Positions 28,613 through 39,286 of a stretch of DNA of 64,000 nt are shown one piece after another. The DNA comes from Acidobacteriota bacterium (GTDB taxonomy: Bacteria; Acidobacteriota; UBA6911): assembly GCA_963664705.1 (NCBI GenBank), contig OY761556.1, positions 5,216,001 through 5,280,000 on the forward strand, written 5' to 3'. Made by a program: the position numbers and the translations under genes. How positions within the stretch are numbered: position 1 is the first letter of the stretch; each line of letters starts with the position of its first letter. Under the pieces are notes generated by a model. The model did not search any database, was not told the origin of the DNA, and was given only the letters and a program-made list of their open reading frames with translations.

Positions 28613-29914
28613 TTAAACGGCAGAGCCGCGGGTTGCGGCAGGTGCAACTTCGTCAATGCAGATGTTCAGAAGGCGATTCGGAGGAATGGCGAGTCCGGGA
28701 ATTCGGACATGGATATAGTTGCTTGTCAGAACAACCGACTCTCCCAGGTCTTCCTCTTTGGCGAGCGTTATGGCGGGGAGAATCTGTCCCAGAAACCGTC
28801 GACGGAACGCCAGGCTCTTTTCGCGGGAAATGTCCAGCAGTCTGTGAAGACGCTGCTTCATCACCGCCGAAGGTATCCGGCCGGGAAGTGCGCAGGCTTC
28901 GGTTCCTTCCCTTGGAGAAAAGGGAAATACGTGAAGGTAGGTCAGCGGGGATTCCTGCACCAGCGTACAGGTTTCGGCGAAATCCTCGTCCGTTTCACCG
29001 GGGAATCCTACAAGGATATCGGTTCCGAGCCCGACATCCGGAATGGCCTCCTGCACGGCTCGAAAGAGTTCCCGAATACGGGCCGCTCTGTATGGACGCC
29101 TCATCGCTTTCAGAATGCGATCACTTCCGCTTTGGATTGGAACGTGGAAGTGGCGGGCAAAAACGGAATTCTCTGCCACCAGTTGAATGATCGCGCGTTC
29201 AAACATCATCGGCTCAATGCTGCTCAAGCGCACGCGGCCAAGGCCTGGGATCGGCACGATATCGCGCAGCAGATCAATCAGATGTCCATGCCCTTTGATT
29301 TTGCGCCCATAGGTACCCAGATTGATTCCCGTTAAGACTATCTCCTGGAAACCCGCATCCACGAGAGACCGGATTTCGGCAAGAATATTTTCCGGTCGCA
29401 CGCTTCTGCCCGGGCCGCGCACATGTGGAACAATGCAATAGGAACAGCGGCAATCACAGCCATCCTGCAGTTTGACCAGTGGCCGGGTTTTTCCTCCGGT
29501 AGAGGCCATGGGTGAAAGCAGACAGTCCGCATCCGCGGACAGGGGAGCATGAATGATCTTTCCCTGGGCTTGATGTTCGAGGTCATCCAATATTTCGGGC
29601 AGCCGGTCTCGCTCGGCATTTCCAATGACAAGCCGGACTCCGGGAATCGCGGCTAAAGTCTCAGGATCCCGCTCGGCATAACATCCGGTTACGATGACAT
29701 TTGCATCGGGATTCTCGCGGTGAAGCCGCCGAAGTGTCTGGCGAATCTGCTGATCCGATCGATGAGTTACCGTGCAGGTATTGACGATAATGAAGTCGGC
29801 GTCATTGGCATTCTCCACCTCCGACATGGAACGGCGGCACAGACCTTCACGGATTGCCGCGCTGTCAGCCTGATTGCAGCGACAGCCGAAGGTCCGGACA
29901 GAAAACTTAGACAT
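28613..29914 (-). CDS. mtaB: tRNA threonylcarbamoyladenosine methylthiotransferase
   Basis: TFGCRCNQAD, VNTCTVT, TGCYA, KLQDGCDCRCSYCIVP, HVFPFSPREGT. Confidence 0.92.
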   Translation of the reverse strand: MSKFSVRTFGCRCNQADSAAIREGLCRRSMSEVENANDADFIIVNTCTVTHRSDQQIRQTLRRLHRENPDANVIVTGCYAERDPETLAAIPGVRLVIGNAERDRLPEILDDLEHQAQGKIIHAPLSADADCLLSPMASTGGKTRPLVKLQDGCDCRCSYCIVPHVRGPGRSVRPENILAEIRSLVDAGFQEIVLTGINLGTYGRKIKGHGHLIDLLRDIVPIPGLGRVRLSSIEPMMFERAIIQLVAENSVFARHFHVPIQSGSDRILKAMRRPYRAARIRELFRAVQEAIPDVGLGTDILVGFPGETDEDFAETCTLVQESPLTYLHVFPFSPREGTEACALPGRIPSAVMKQRLHRLLDISREKSLAFRRRFLGQILPAITLAKEEDLGESVVLTSNYIHVRIPGLAIPPNRLLNICIDEVAPAATRGSAV

Positions 29915-30413
29915 CCCTGGCTTTCCTTAATGCAGCGTCCCGCTGCTCCACCTTATCCGCCAACTGCTTTTTATATTTGTGCAGACGCTCCGCAAGCGCT
30001 GCATCGCCACGGGCAAGAATTTGGGCGGCCAGCACCGCCGCATTGCTGGCGCCGGCCTTTCCGATCCCCATGGTTGCTACCGGAACACCGGCCGGCATCA
30101 TGGACGTGGAAAGCAGCGCATCCAACCCGTTCAAAGGAGAGGAATCAATGGGAACGCCGATCACAGGAAGGATTGTGTGGGCGGCTATGACGCCGGCCAG
30201 ATGCGCCGCAGCTCCCGCACAGGCAATAACAACCTGCACTCCGCGATTTTCCAGCTCCACGGCATATTTCTGCGTGCGATCGGGAGAACGATGCGCGCTG
30301 GAAATCACCAGTTCATTTTCAATGCCGAAATCCTTCAGTACTTTCAGCATATCTTCAATCACGGGATAATCTGAATCGCTGCCCAGCACAATGGCGACTT
30401 TAGGTTGGCTCAC
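29907..30413 (-). CDS. purE: N5-CAIR mutase
   Basis: GSDSD, SAHR, AGAAAHLAG, PVIGVP, MPAGVPVAT. GTG start at 30413 after GGAGAGG. Confidence 0.96.
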   Translation of the reverse strand: MSQPKVAIVLGSDSDYPVIEDMLKVLKDFGIENELVISSAHRSPDRTQKYAVELENRGVQVVIACAGAAAHLAGVIAAHTILPVIGVPIDSSPLNGLDALLSTSMMPAGVPVATMGIGKAGASNAAVLAAQILARGDAALAERLHKYKKQLADKVEQRDAALRKARDV

Positions 30414-30501
30414 AATATCCTCTCCGAAATAGGGGCAACCCTGCCCCTTTCCACGGTTTCCAAATCGGTTTTTCGTCGTCACGCAAAGGGAAAGAATGCT
30501 C

Positions 30502-31779
30502 CTATTTTTTCAAACCCTTCATCCCAATGTCCCGGCGATAGTGCATGCCCTCAAAATTTATCTTGTTAACGGCCTCATACGCCGACATTATCGCGGACGA
30601 GAGGTCCTGATCCACGGCGGTCACGCCAAGAACGCGGCCTCCGTCAGTAACGAACCGGTCGCCTTCGAGGCGGGTCCCGGCGTGAAACACGGCGACGCGT
30701 CGATCTTCTTCCGCCATTTCAAGTCCTGATATAATTTTACCTTTTGCATACGGGCCGGGATAGCCTCCGGACGCCAGCACCACGCAAACAGCGGCTCCGC
30801 TGTTCCAGGTTGCCTTGTAGGAATTCAAACGACCCTGGCAAAGCGCTTCGCACAGCTCGGCAAAATCGCTGGTCAGCCGTGTCAGGATGACCTGGCATTC
30901 CGGATCTCCCATCCGGACGTTGAACTCCATTACCTGCGGTCCCCGGCTGGTCAACATCAGTCCGGCATACAGGATGCCTTTAAACGGAAATCCTTCATTT
31001 TTCATCCCCTCAATTACGGGACGTATCACTTTTTTTAGAACGGTCCGCTCAAGATCGGGACCAAGAATATCGTCGGTCGAATAGGTTCCCATTCCTCCGG
31101 TATTCGGACCGGCATCGTTGTCATAGGCGGCTTTATGGTCCCTCGCTGCCACCGCGGGGAGTATCGTCTCACCATCGGTGAACACGATGTATGAAGCTTC
31201 AATCCCTTCCAGGAATTCCTCGAGCACAATCCGGTCGCCGGATGCACCGAATTCGCGATCCACCATAATCCTCTGAATGGCGGAGCGGGCCTCCTCTTCC
31301 GTCTGCGCCACGACAACGCCCTTTCCGGCTGCCAAGCCATCCGCCTTAACAACAAGCGGATAACGCGCTTCGCCGGATTTCAGAAACGCGAGAGCCATGT
31401 CAGGATCCGTATAGATGGCATATTGAGCGGTAGGAATCTTGTGCCGGGCCATGAAGTCTTTTGCAAAAACTTTGCTGGATTCAAGCTGCGCCGCATCCGC
31501 CGAGGGGCCCAGGACCGGAATGCCGGCCACTGTCAGGGCATCTGCCAGCCCCGCTGCCAGGGGCGCTTCAGGCCCAATGACAACGAAATCCACTTTTTCC
31601 TTCCGCACAAAATCGATAATGCCGGCAGCGTCTTCCTGTGGAATAGGTACACATCTGGCTATCCGCGAAATGCCCGCATTCCCAGGCGCACAGAAGATTA
31701 CGCGCACACGGGAGCTTTGCTTTAGTTTCCAAACGAGGGTGTGTTCTCTTCCACCGGATCCGATTACAAGTATTCTCAT
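30502..31779 (-). CDS. purD: Phosphoribosylamine--glycine ligase
   Basis: GSGGREH, GPEAPL, KADGLAAGKGV, GPNTGGMG, EFNVRMGDPE, GGRVL. Confidence 0.98.
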   Translation of the reverse strand: MRILVIGSGGREHTLVWKLKQSSRVRVIFCAPGNAGISRIARCVPIPQEDAAGIIDFVRKEKVDFVVIGPEAPLAAGLADALTVAGIPVLGPSADAAQLESSKVFAKDFMARHKIPTAQYAIYTDPDMALAFLKSGEARYPLVVKADGLAAGKGVVVAQTEEEARSAIQRIMVDREFGASGDRIVLEEFLEGIEASYIVFTDGETILPAVAARDHKAAYDNDAGPNTGGMGTYSTDDILGPDLERTVLKKVIRPVIEGMKNEGFPFKGILYAGLMLTSRGPQVMEFNVRMGDPECQVILTRLTSDFAELCEALCQGRLNSYKATWNSGAAVCVVLASGGYPGPYAKGKIISGLEMAEEDRRVAVFHAGTRLEGDRFVTDGGRVLGVTAVDQDLSSAIMSAYEAVNKINFEGMHYRRDIGMKGLKK

Positions 31780-31822
31780 ATGGCCTCAAAAATTATTTAC
31801 AATAGCGCATGCGCGTCAGGCA

Positions 31823-31893
31823 AGCCTGCTGGGAGCGCCATGGAAGTTGCCGCGCTCTTGACAGTGAGACGCCGGCGCTCCCAAGTGCAGGCT
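31823..31893. repeat. REP-like long hairpin (GGGAGCGCC family)
   Basis: agcctgc-tgggagcgcc ... ggcgctccca-agt-gcaggct. Confidence 0.6.
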
Positions 31894-31898
31894 CGCGA

Positions 31899-32780
31899 TC
31901 AACCGTTCAGGTGGAGCGATTTCAAATAGGCCCGAAACTCCGGACCCAGCTCTTCATTCTTTAAGGCAAACTCCACGGTTGCCTGCAAAAAGCCCAGCTT
32001 ATCGCCGGCATCATGCCGCTTCCCATTAAACTTAAATGCCAGGACTCGCTCGCGCGCAAGCAGTCGCCGCAGCCCATCCGTCAACTGGATTTCTCCACCG
32101 CTTCCCTTACCCGTTTCCTCGAGCATTTCAAAAATCGCCGGCGTCAGTATGTATCTTCCGATAATCGCGAGATTGGAAGGAGCTTCCCCTCGCTTGGGTT
32201 TTTCCACCATATCGCTGACTTCGTACAATGCGCCGTTCCCTTCCGGCATCTGGCGCCCTTTTATGATGCCATAGCGCCCGGTTTCCTCCTCGGGAACTTC
32301 CATCAACGCCACTACGCTCGTGTGGTAGCGCTCATAGATGTCCAGCATCTGCCGGATACAAGGGACCTCTGAAACAATTACATCATCTCCCAGCAGAACA
32401 GCAAACGGCTCGTCGTTCACCAGGGGCCGTGCCACCAGAATCGCATGCCCCAGACCCAGTGCCTCCTTCTGCCGAATATAAGCAAGGTGCACCATCTCCG
32501 ATACGGTGCGCACCCGGTTCAGCAGATCCGATTTGCCCCGCTCTTCGAGTATTTTCTCCAACTCATACGAAACGTCGAAATGATCCTCAATCGCGGTTTT
32601 GCCTCTGCCGGTAATAATGACGAGGTTTTCAATTCCGGAGGCCATTGCTTCCTCTACCGCATACTGAATAATGGGCTTATCCACAAGCGGAAGCATTTCC
32701 TTCGGCTGGGCCTTGGTCGCCGGAAGGAAGCGCGTGCCCAATCCTGCTGCAGGGAAGACTGCTCTTCTGACTTTTTTCAT
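31899..32780 (-). CDS. galU: UTP--glucose-1-phosphate uridylyltransferase
   Basis: AVFPAAGLGTRFLPATKAQPKEMLP, LGLGHA, VEKP, GEIQLTD. Confidence 0.97.
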   Translation of the reverse strand: MKKVRRAVFPAAGLGTRFLPATKAQPKEMLPLVDKPIIQYAVEEAMASGIENLVIITGRGKTAIEDHFDVSYELEKILEERGKSDLLNRVRTVSEMVHLAYIRQKEALGLGHAILVARPLVNDEPFAVLLGDDVIVSEVPCIRQMLDIYERYHTSVVALMEVPEEETGRYGIIKGRQMPEGNGALYEVSDMVEKPKRGEAPSNLAIIGRYILTPAIFEMLEETGKGSGGEIQLTDGLRRLLARERVLAFKFNGKRHDAGDKLGFLQATVEFALKNEELGPEFRAYLKSLHLNG

Positions 32781-32970
32781 GTGGTTTCTCTCGAGCCGCC
32801 CCGTTTCTGTGGGTCTATGTTCCTATCTGCAACCGTTTGCTGAAAATGTGATTGAAACAATGGCATCTCGCAAAGTCAATGATAGAATGCAAACTGGTGT
32901 CGGTTGCCCGGCTCATTATCCGTAAGGGAGCGCGGACGCGGATACCATTTTACTGGGGAAGGAATCCACC

Positions 32971-34248
32971 ATGCTGGATAAGAATTTTGTGCAGGAAAAC
33001 CTGGATTTTGTCCGCGAGCGGCTTGCGGCTCGCGGCGGCAATTATCCACTGGATGAGCTCATCGCTACCAATGCGGAGCGGAAAAATATGTTGCTCCAGG
33101 TCGAGGAACTCAAACGCAGACGCAATGAGGAGTCGGAGGCAATCGGAAAACTGAAGCGCGCTGGAAGCGATACTTCAGAACGACAAGCCAAGGTAAGAGA
33201 AATTTCGGCCGAGATCAAATCGCTAGAAGAAAGATCGGGCGGTGTCGAACTGCGCCTGGATTCAATACTTCACGGAATTCCAAATCTCCCGCATTCCTCG
33301 GTGCCGATCGGTTGCGACGAAAACTCCAATTGCGAGGTACGCCGGTGGGGCAATGCACCCGTTTTTGACTTCCAGCCGCTGGATCATGTAGAGCTCGGAA
33401 CATCCCTGGGCATCCTCGATATGGATCGAGCATCCAAAATCGCCGGCGCAAGGTTCTCGCTGTTGCTCAAAGCCGGCGCTTTGATGGAACGCGCCTTGAT
33501 AAACTTTATGTTGGACGTTCACACCAGGTTTCACGGTTACGAGGAAGTTGTGCCGCCTCTCATGGCAAATGCCAACAGCCTCTTCGGCACAGGGAATCTC
33601 CCCAAATTTGCACAGGATCTCTTCAAGATTGAAGGGTGGCCCTACTACCTGATACCGACGGCAGAGGTTCCAGTCACTAATATTTACCAGGACGAAATAC
33701 TGGACGCTTCCGAGCTGCCGAAGAAATTTGTCGCCTACACGCCATGCTTCCGCAGCGAGGCCGGATCCCATGGGAAGGATGTTCGAGGCCTTATCCGCCA
33801 ACATCAGTTCAATAAGGTCGAACTGGTCAAGTTCGTTGAGCCGTCCAAATCCTACGAAGAGCATGAGTCTCTTACAAGGGATGCGGAAGACATCCTTCAG
33901 CGGCTGGGACTGCACTATCGCGTTGTTGTCCTCAGCACTGGGGACATGGGTTTTTCCAGTGCAAAGACCTACGATATTGAGGTCTGGCTTCCAAGCCAGA
34001 ACCGGTTCAGGGAAATTTCGTCCTGCAGCAACTTCGAGGCATTCCAGGCCAGGCGCGCGAAAATACGCGTCCGGAACGAGGATGGGAAACGTCAGTTCAT
34101 TCACACGCTGAATGGCTCAGGGATTGCTATCGGTCGGACCTGGCTTGCTATTCTCGAGAACTATCAGCAAAAGGATGGCTCCGTCGTCATTCCCGAAGCG
34201 CTGAGACCCTATATGGGGGGGATGGAAGTAATTCAAAAAGCAAAATAG
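32971..34248 (+). CDS. serS: Serine--tRNA ligase
   Basis: [35 protein letters not shown]. Confidence 0.98.
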   Translation: MLDKNFVQENLDFVRERLAARGGNYPLDELIATNAERKNMLLQVEELKRRRNEESEAIGKLKRAGSDTSERQAKVREISAEIKSLEERSGGVELRLDSILHGIPNLPHSSVPIGCDENSNCEVRRWGNAPVFDFQPLDHVELGTSLGILDMDRASKIAGARFSLLLKAGALMERALINFMLDVHTRFHGYEEVVPPLMANANSLFGTGNLPKFAQDLFKIEGWPYYLIPTAEVPVTNIYQDEILDASELPKKFVAYTPCFRSEAGSHGKDVRGLIRQHQFNKVELVKFVEPSKSYEEHESLTRDAEDILQRLGLHYRVVVLSTGDMGFSSAKTYDIEVWLPSQNRFREISSCSNFEAFQARRAKIRVRNEDGKRQFIHTLNGSGIAIGRTWLAILENYQQKDGSVVIPEALRPYMGGMEVIQKAK

Positions 34249-34263
34249 TTTGACGCGATCTGC

Positions 34264-34308
34264 AAAAAAAGGCGGAAACCATGGAGGAGTTTTGGTTTCC
34301 GCCTTTTT
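34264..34308. terminator. Bidirectional intrinsic terminator
   Basis: A-run, GGCGGAAACC / GGTTTCCGCC stem, T-run, between convergent genes. Confidence 0.85.
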
Positions 34309-34327
34309 CTTTTCTAATTACAGATTT

Positions 34328-34993
34328 CTAGCGGGTTTTGGCGACGGTACTTTCGTTCTCGGCCGGAACATACAACGGCTTGTCCAGTACGATATTCAAT
34401 GAAGAGCCTCTCGGAAGCTCAATCTCTTTGCCCCGTGAGCTGAATACCGTGGCCAATCCTACTGCCGCTCCAATTCCGGCTCCAATCCCGGCGCCTCTTC
34501 TTCCACCGGCAATAGTTCCAATGCCGGCTCCGATAAGACCGGGCGTCAATACCCTTCCGAAATCCTTCCCGGTAGAACCTTCGCCCTCAATGGTCCCTTC
34601 CGTGCTGAGTCCGCTGTTCCCTTCCCGACCCACTCCCGCCAGGGTTGCAACGATAGGCATGGGACCTCGACCCGGAATTTCAATGGTCTGAAAGAGCAGC
34701 GTCATTGCAGCCTTCCCCTTTACACGGCCCGGCCGAAGAATGCGCGCAATGCTCCCGGTCACCTGACTCCCTTTCGGAACTGCGATGCGATCTCCGATCG
34801 TAACGGGTTCTGTTACGATCGCTTTGAACACATCCCCTTCAATGTTTTTAGTGCTGATATTATTGTTCAGTTGCAGGTAGATCCGTGTACCTTCGGGCAG
34901 GACGACCTCTGACGCCGCCGAACCTAGCTGGGGAGACAGGGCCATAATGAAAAGCAGCACACCTATCAGTTGTAAGCTGCTGTATTTTCTCAT
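34328..34993 (-). CDS. Exported TrbI/VirB10-like beta-domain protein with glycine zipper
   Basis: Signal peptide, LPEGT.I.L.L, VPKGS.V.G, GAGIGTIAGG..GAGIGAGIGAAVG. Start uncertain (34993-35029). Confidence 0.7.
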   Translation of the reverse strand: MRKYSSLQLIGVLLFIMALSPQLGSAASEVVLPEGTRIYLQLNNNISTKNIEGDVFKAIVTEPVTIGDRIAVPKGSQVTGSIARILRPGRVKGKAAMTLLFQTIEIPGRGPMPIVATLAGVGREGNSGLSTEGTIEGEGSTGKDFGRVLTPGLIGAGIGTIAGGRRGAGIGAGIGAAVGLATVFSSRGKEIELPRGSSLNIVLDKPLYVPAENESTVAKTR

Positions 34994-35205
34994 CTTTTCA
35001 TTTTTACACGGCCACATATTCACTTCCAATCACTAAAATGGATGATGCATTGTCCCCAAGGGTTCAGCTTTTCTTGGGTGCCATCCCAGGGAAAACTCGG
35101 AAAGAAGTGGACCGGCACCAAAGAAATACAACTAAATAGAAGAAAATAAAAGAGATTTATTCTCTCTTTCTTGACTGTGCCCTGTAAGGCTGATAGTTTT
35201 CAGCC

Positions 35206-35940
35206 ATGGAATACGAGTCTTCGCCTGTAGAAGTGCCCGGAAAATCATGGGGCGATCGCCTTCAGGCTTTTATCGAAGTCCTCCTGCTCTCCGGGCTCGC
35301 ATCAACATTTCTTGCTTCTCTTGGCCTTGCGCTTTTTCATATCCGAAGTATGGAGCGCCTTCTTCAGGATGTTCGACTCCTTTCGCTCTACCTGCTGGCT
35401 GAATCGGTGATCACATTGCTGTTGCTGGCAGGAATGCTAAAGCTGCACCGGGAATCGATGGCCAGCATCGGATTCTGCTGGGCAAACTGGAAAAGGAATT
35501 TGGTTACGGGCCTGGCCCTCGTTCCCTTTCTGTTCATGATCAATGGGCTGGTCGCCATCCTCTTTAAGCTTTACCTGCCAAAGTATTACATGGAGGATAA
35601 TCCTCTCATTCAAAATGTTCACACACCCCAACAAGTGGCGCTCCTTATCTTTTCGGCTCTTATCGCCGGAGGATTTAAGGAGGAAATGCAGCGCGCCTTC
35701 ATCTTGAACAGATTTAGGAACCATCTCGGAGGCGCGGGAGTCGGGCTGGTCCTTTGGAGCCTCGCCTTCGGAGCAGGCCATTACGTCCAAGGGGCTCAGG
35801 GTGTCGTGATTGCATCGCTCTATGGATTCCTTTTTGGAATCATGTACCTTCTCAGCGGAAGCCTCGTTGCACCTATAGCTGCCCACGGTGCCTACGACGC
35901 ACTGGCGATCCTGGCCTACTGGCTGTTACCGACACATTAA
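35206..35940 (+). CDS. CPBP (CAAX/Abi) intramembrane glutamic endopeptidase
   Basis: Multiple TM helices with EE..R, F.AGH and H..YD motifs. Confidence 0.88.
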   Translation: MEYESSPVEVPGKSWGDRLQAFIEVLLLSGLASTFLASLGLALFHIRSMERLLQDVRLLSLYLLAESVITLLLLAGMLKLHRESMASIGFCWANWKRNLVTGLALVPFLFMINGLVAILFKLYLPKYYMEDNPLIQNVHTPQQVALLIFSALIAGGFKEEMQRAFILNRFRNHLGGAGVGLVLWSLAFGAGHYVQGAQGVVIASLYGFLFGIMYLLSGSLVAPIAAHGAYDALAILAYWLLPTH

Positions 35941-36047
35941 ATGGCGGATATCGCTTCCCGGCGTTTCGTTTTCCGGAGCGTCACTCCGAACGTAATCCTA
36001 TTGGTCCCCGCTTTTTACGCCGATAATGATGCCCGACAAGGTTCGCT

Positions 36048-37442
36048 ATGAATACCCGCAGCAAGATGCTGGAAATACTGCTGGAATTGCACCACAAAAG
36101 TCGCAGCGGTATTCTCCGTGGCCAAAGGGATACCAAGAAGAAACAGCTGGTTCTGAATAACGGCCTTCTGGCTTTTGCTGAAAGCAATGTCCCGGAAGAG
36201 CATCTCGCCCATATCATGGTTGCAATGGACCTTATCCCGCGCGCCAGCCTGAACGACATCGTCACTTTTATGAAGGAAGGCAAAACAAGTGAGGAAGCTC
36301 TTCTCTCACTTCCGGAAGCCGATCCGCGAAACATTGAAATGGGAAGGCGGGAACAGGCCATCCAGATTACGGCCTCACTTTTGGGTTGGGAAGGCGGCGA
36401 TTTCCGGCTGCATCGTGGAGACAATTTTGCCCCTCCGCCGTCAAATCTGAATATGCCGATGCTGGAACTGGCGACACTCGCGGTGCGAAGGGCTGTCTCC
36501 AAGCGAATCCTATCCATGCCTTCCGGTTTTTTGAGCGGCACGCTCGAAGTCATGGATACTCGCGGTCGGGAATTCCCCCTAAATTCTGCAGAACTGCAAG
36601 CCCATTCCGCGCTGAAGTCCGAACGACCCGCGGCGGAACTGCTCCCGTTGATTCCTGAAGGTTCATTGAAACCAGAGCACACCTTGCTTGCCCTGTATCA
36701 TCTTGGACTGATCGAATACCATGAGAAGAAAGATGCGGCAGATGAAGCATCGGCCTCCAATCCGCTTGTACTAAGACTCAACGAACTGCAAACACAGTTT
36801 GAATCCGCCAATCTCTATGAAGTTCTGGCCGTCAGTGCAGACGCAACGCAGAACCAGATACAAGCCGCCTATCACGAACAGGCTAAACAACTGCATCCCG
36901 ACAGGTTCCAGACCAATGAATTCTCGCCGCGGATTCGGGCGGCCGCCGAGCGGGTATTCGCAAAGATCAACGAAGCCTATCACACGCTTAAAAATGTAAA
37001 CTCCCGAAAACTCTACGATCTGGAATTGCCTAAGAAAAAACCCGCCGTAACCCAACAGAAAGCTGCAGCCACGCAGAATGCCGAAACGGCGGAAGGTCTC
37101 TTCCGCGAAGGAAGGAGTCTTCTCGCAAAAGGAGATGTGGACACCGCCGTTGAACGTCTGCGCGGCAGTGTCTGGCTTTGCCCGGAAAAAGCTTCCTACA
37201 ACTATTATCTGGGCTTGGCCGAAGCACGCATCCCGAAGTTCAGAAAAAGCGCAGAAAGACATTTCCTCAAAGCCATCGAGCTGGAAGACACTTCGGTGGA
37301 TTCCCACCTGGCCCTGGCGCGGCTCTATATTGATGTCCGGCTTCCCAGAAAAGCGGAATTGCAGCTGGATAAGGTGCTTCTTTGGGAACCGAATCATGCC
37401 GAAGCCCAAATGTTGTCCGCTGAACTGAAAAAGCTCCGTTAG
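36048..37442 (+). CDS. J-domain (DnaJ) plus TPR protein with DUF4388-like N-terminus
   Basis: NLYEVLAV..AY...LHPDRF..F.KINEAY.TL J-domain, then C-terminal TPRs. Confidence 0.82.
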   Translation: MNTRSKMLEILLELHHKSRSGILRGQRDTKKKQLVLNNGLLAFAESNVPEEHLAHIMVAMDLIPRASLNDIVTFMKEGKTSEEALLSLPEADPRNIEMGRREQAIQITASLLGWEGGDFRLHRGDNFAPPPSNLNMPMLELATLAVRRAVSKRILSMPSGFLSGTLEVMDTRGREFPLNSAELQAHSALKSERPAAELLPLIPEGSLKPEHTLLALYHLGLIEYHEKKDAADEASASNPLVLRLNELQTQFESANLYEVLAVSADATQNQIQAAYHEQAKQLHPDRFQTNEFSPRIRAAAERVFAKINEAYHTLKNVNSRKLYDLELPKKKPAVTQQKAAATQNAETAEGLFREGRSLLAKGDVDTAVERLRGSVWLCPEKASYNYYLGLAEARIPKFRKSAERHFLKAIELEDTSVDSHLALARLYIDVRLPRKAELQLDKVLLWEPNHAEAQMLSAELKKLR

Positions 37443-37524
37443 TCTAAGTCTACCCTGTCCTGCATTTCCATGTTAAGATTCGCTCTCGCAAACGAAGCGA
37501 ACAATTCCAGTACGAGGTGATTGC

Positions 37525-38613
37525 ATGGAAAAGAAACAGCCACTTAGCTATCAAAGTGCCGGAGTGGACTCGGGACAAAAAGATCAGGCTATGGAACGCC
37601 TCGGCAATTGGGTCGAACGAAGCTTCACATTGCGCCCCGGCGAGGTCAAGCTTCCGCTTGGCTACTTTGCCAACGTGATAGATGGCGGTAACGGAATGGG
37701 CATTGCCGTTTCCACCGATGGGGTAGGAACCAAGATTCTCGTAGCAGAGATGCTCGATAAATATGATACCGTCGGGATCGATTGCATCGCCATGAACGTC
37801 AATGACGTTCTGTGCGTTGGAGCGGAGCCACTGGCGATTCTGGATTATATTGCGGTCCAGGTTCCCCATCCCGATCTTCTGGAAAGTCTTGCCAAAGGGC
37901 TTTATCGCGGAGCGGAGATGGCCCGCGTCACCATACCCGGCGGCGAAATTGCTCAAATAAAGGAAATGATCCAGGGGAAACGCGAAGGGTACGCCTTTGA
38001 CCTCGTGGCCACCTGCGTCGGCAAGGTTCCATTGGACCGAATCCTGATTGGCGCCGACATCAAGGCCGGCGATGCCATCATCGGATTGGCATCCAGCGGA
38101 ATTCACAGCAACGGCTTGACGCTGGCACGGCGCGTGTTCTTCGAAGATGCCGGTTGGGCTCCCGATCATTATGTTCCTGAATTCGGACGAACCCTCGGTG
38201 AAGAGCTTCTCGAACCCACACGCATTTATGTGCGCGAAGTGCGCGAAATGATCGACGCCGGATTGCGCGTCAAGGCGCTGGCACACATCACCAGCACGGG
38301 GTTCCTTAATCTCAGCCGCGCGACGGCGCCCGTCGGCTATGTATTGGATAAGTTGCCGGAAACGCCGGCTATTTTCCGATTGCTGCAACAGCACGGCGCT
38401 ATCAGTGATGCAGATATGCATTTCACATATAACATGGGTATCGGGTTCTGCGTTGTCATCGCACCGGAAGACGCAGACGCCGCCATGGCTATTGCCCGCA
38501 AACACAACGCTTCCTGCTCTGTCATCGGCCACACGGTCAATGATCCGGAAAGAAAGGTTCTTCTACCATCCGTCAAGTTGATCGGAAGCAATGATGTGTT
38601 TGAAAAGCAGTAG
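37525..38613 (+). CDS. purM: Phosphoribosylformylglycinamidine cyclo-ligase (AIR synthase)
   Basis: YQSAGVD, STDGVGTK, DCIAMNVND, GAEP, SSGIHSNG, AHIT, NMGIG. Confidence 0.95.
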   Translation: MEKKQPLSYQSAGVDSGQKDQAMERLGNWVERSFTLRPGEVKLPLGYFANVIDGGNGMGIAVSTDGVGTKILVAEMLDKYDTVGIDCIAMNVNDVLCVGAEPLAILDYIAVQVPHPDLLESLAKGLYRGAEMARVTIPGGEIAQIKEMIQGKREGYAFDLVATCVGKVPLDRILIGADIKAGDAIIGLASSGIHSNGLTLARRVFFEDAGWAPDHYVPEFGRTLGEELLEPTRIYVREVREMIDAGLRVKALAHITSTGFLNLSRATAPVGYVLDKLPETPAIFRLLQQHGAISDADMHFTYNMGIGFCVVIAPEDADAAMAIARKHNASCSVIGHTVNDPERKVLLPSVKLIGSNDVFEKQ

Positions 38614-39286
38614 ACAGGAGTAAGGAGACAGGAGACAGGAGACAAGACGCCGGCGCCCCAGTGCTTTGCTCCTGGCTTTGGCAGCCGGCAGACTCTCTAA
38701 AGCGAGACGAGCGGCAGATTGCTGCGCTTCCTTTTTGGTCTTGCCGGAAGACTCTGCAATGATATCTCCGTGAATTAACACCTGCACAACAAACGTCTTC
38801 CTCTGGTCAGATCCTACAAGTTACTCGGAAGCAATGATGTGTTTGAAAAGCAGTAGACAGGAGTAAGGAGACAGGAGACAAGACGCGCCGGCGCGCCGGC
38901 GCTTTGCTCCTGGCTTTGGCAGCCGGCAGACTCTCTAAAGCGAGACGAGCGGCAGATTGCTGCGCTTCCTTTTTGGTCTTGCCGGAAGACTCTGTAATGA
39001 TATCTCCGTGAATTAACACCTGCACAACAAACGTCTTCCTCTGGTCAGATCCTACAAGTTACTCGGAAGCAATGATGTGTTTGAAAAGCAGTAGACAGGA
39101 GACAGGAGACAAGACGCGCCGGCGCCCCAGCGCTTTACTCCTGGCTTTTGGCAGCCGGCAGACTCTCTAAAGCGAGACGAGCGGCAGATTGCTGCGCTTC
39201 CTTTTTAGTCTTGCCGGAAGACTCTGCAATGATATCTCCGTGAATTAACACCTGCACAACAAACGTCTTCCTGTGGTCTGGTCCTA
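38574..39286. repeat. Three tandem copies (243, 238, 232 bp) of the purM-end / (AGACAGG)n / REP-like / rnc-end segment
   Basis: Units start at 38574, 38817 and 39055, near-identical with scattered differences. Confidence 0.93.

Noticed and set aside
38563-39025. Two 72-74 aa ORFs matching the RNase III C-terminus
   Set aside because: They are frameshifted fragments inside the tandem duplication, not independent genes
38574-39286. Repeats as a CRISPR array
   Set aside because: Whole ~240-bp units repeat with no unique spacers, and there are no cas genes
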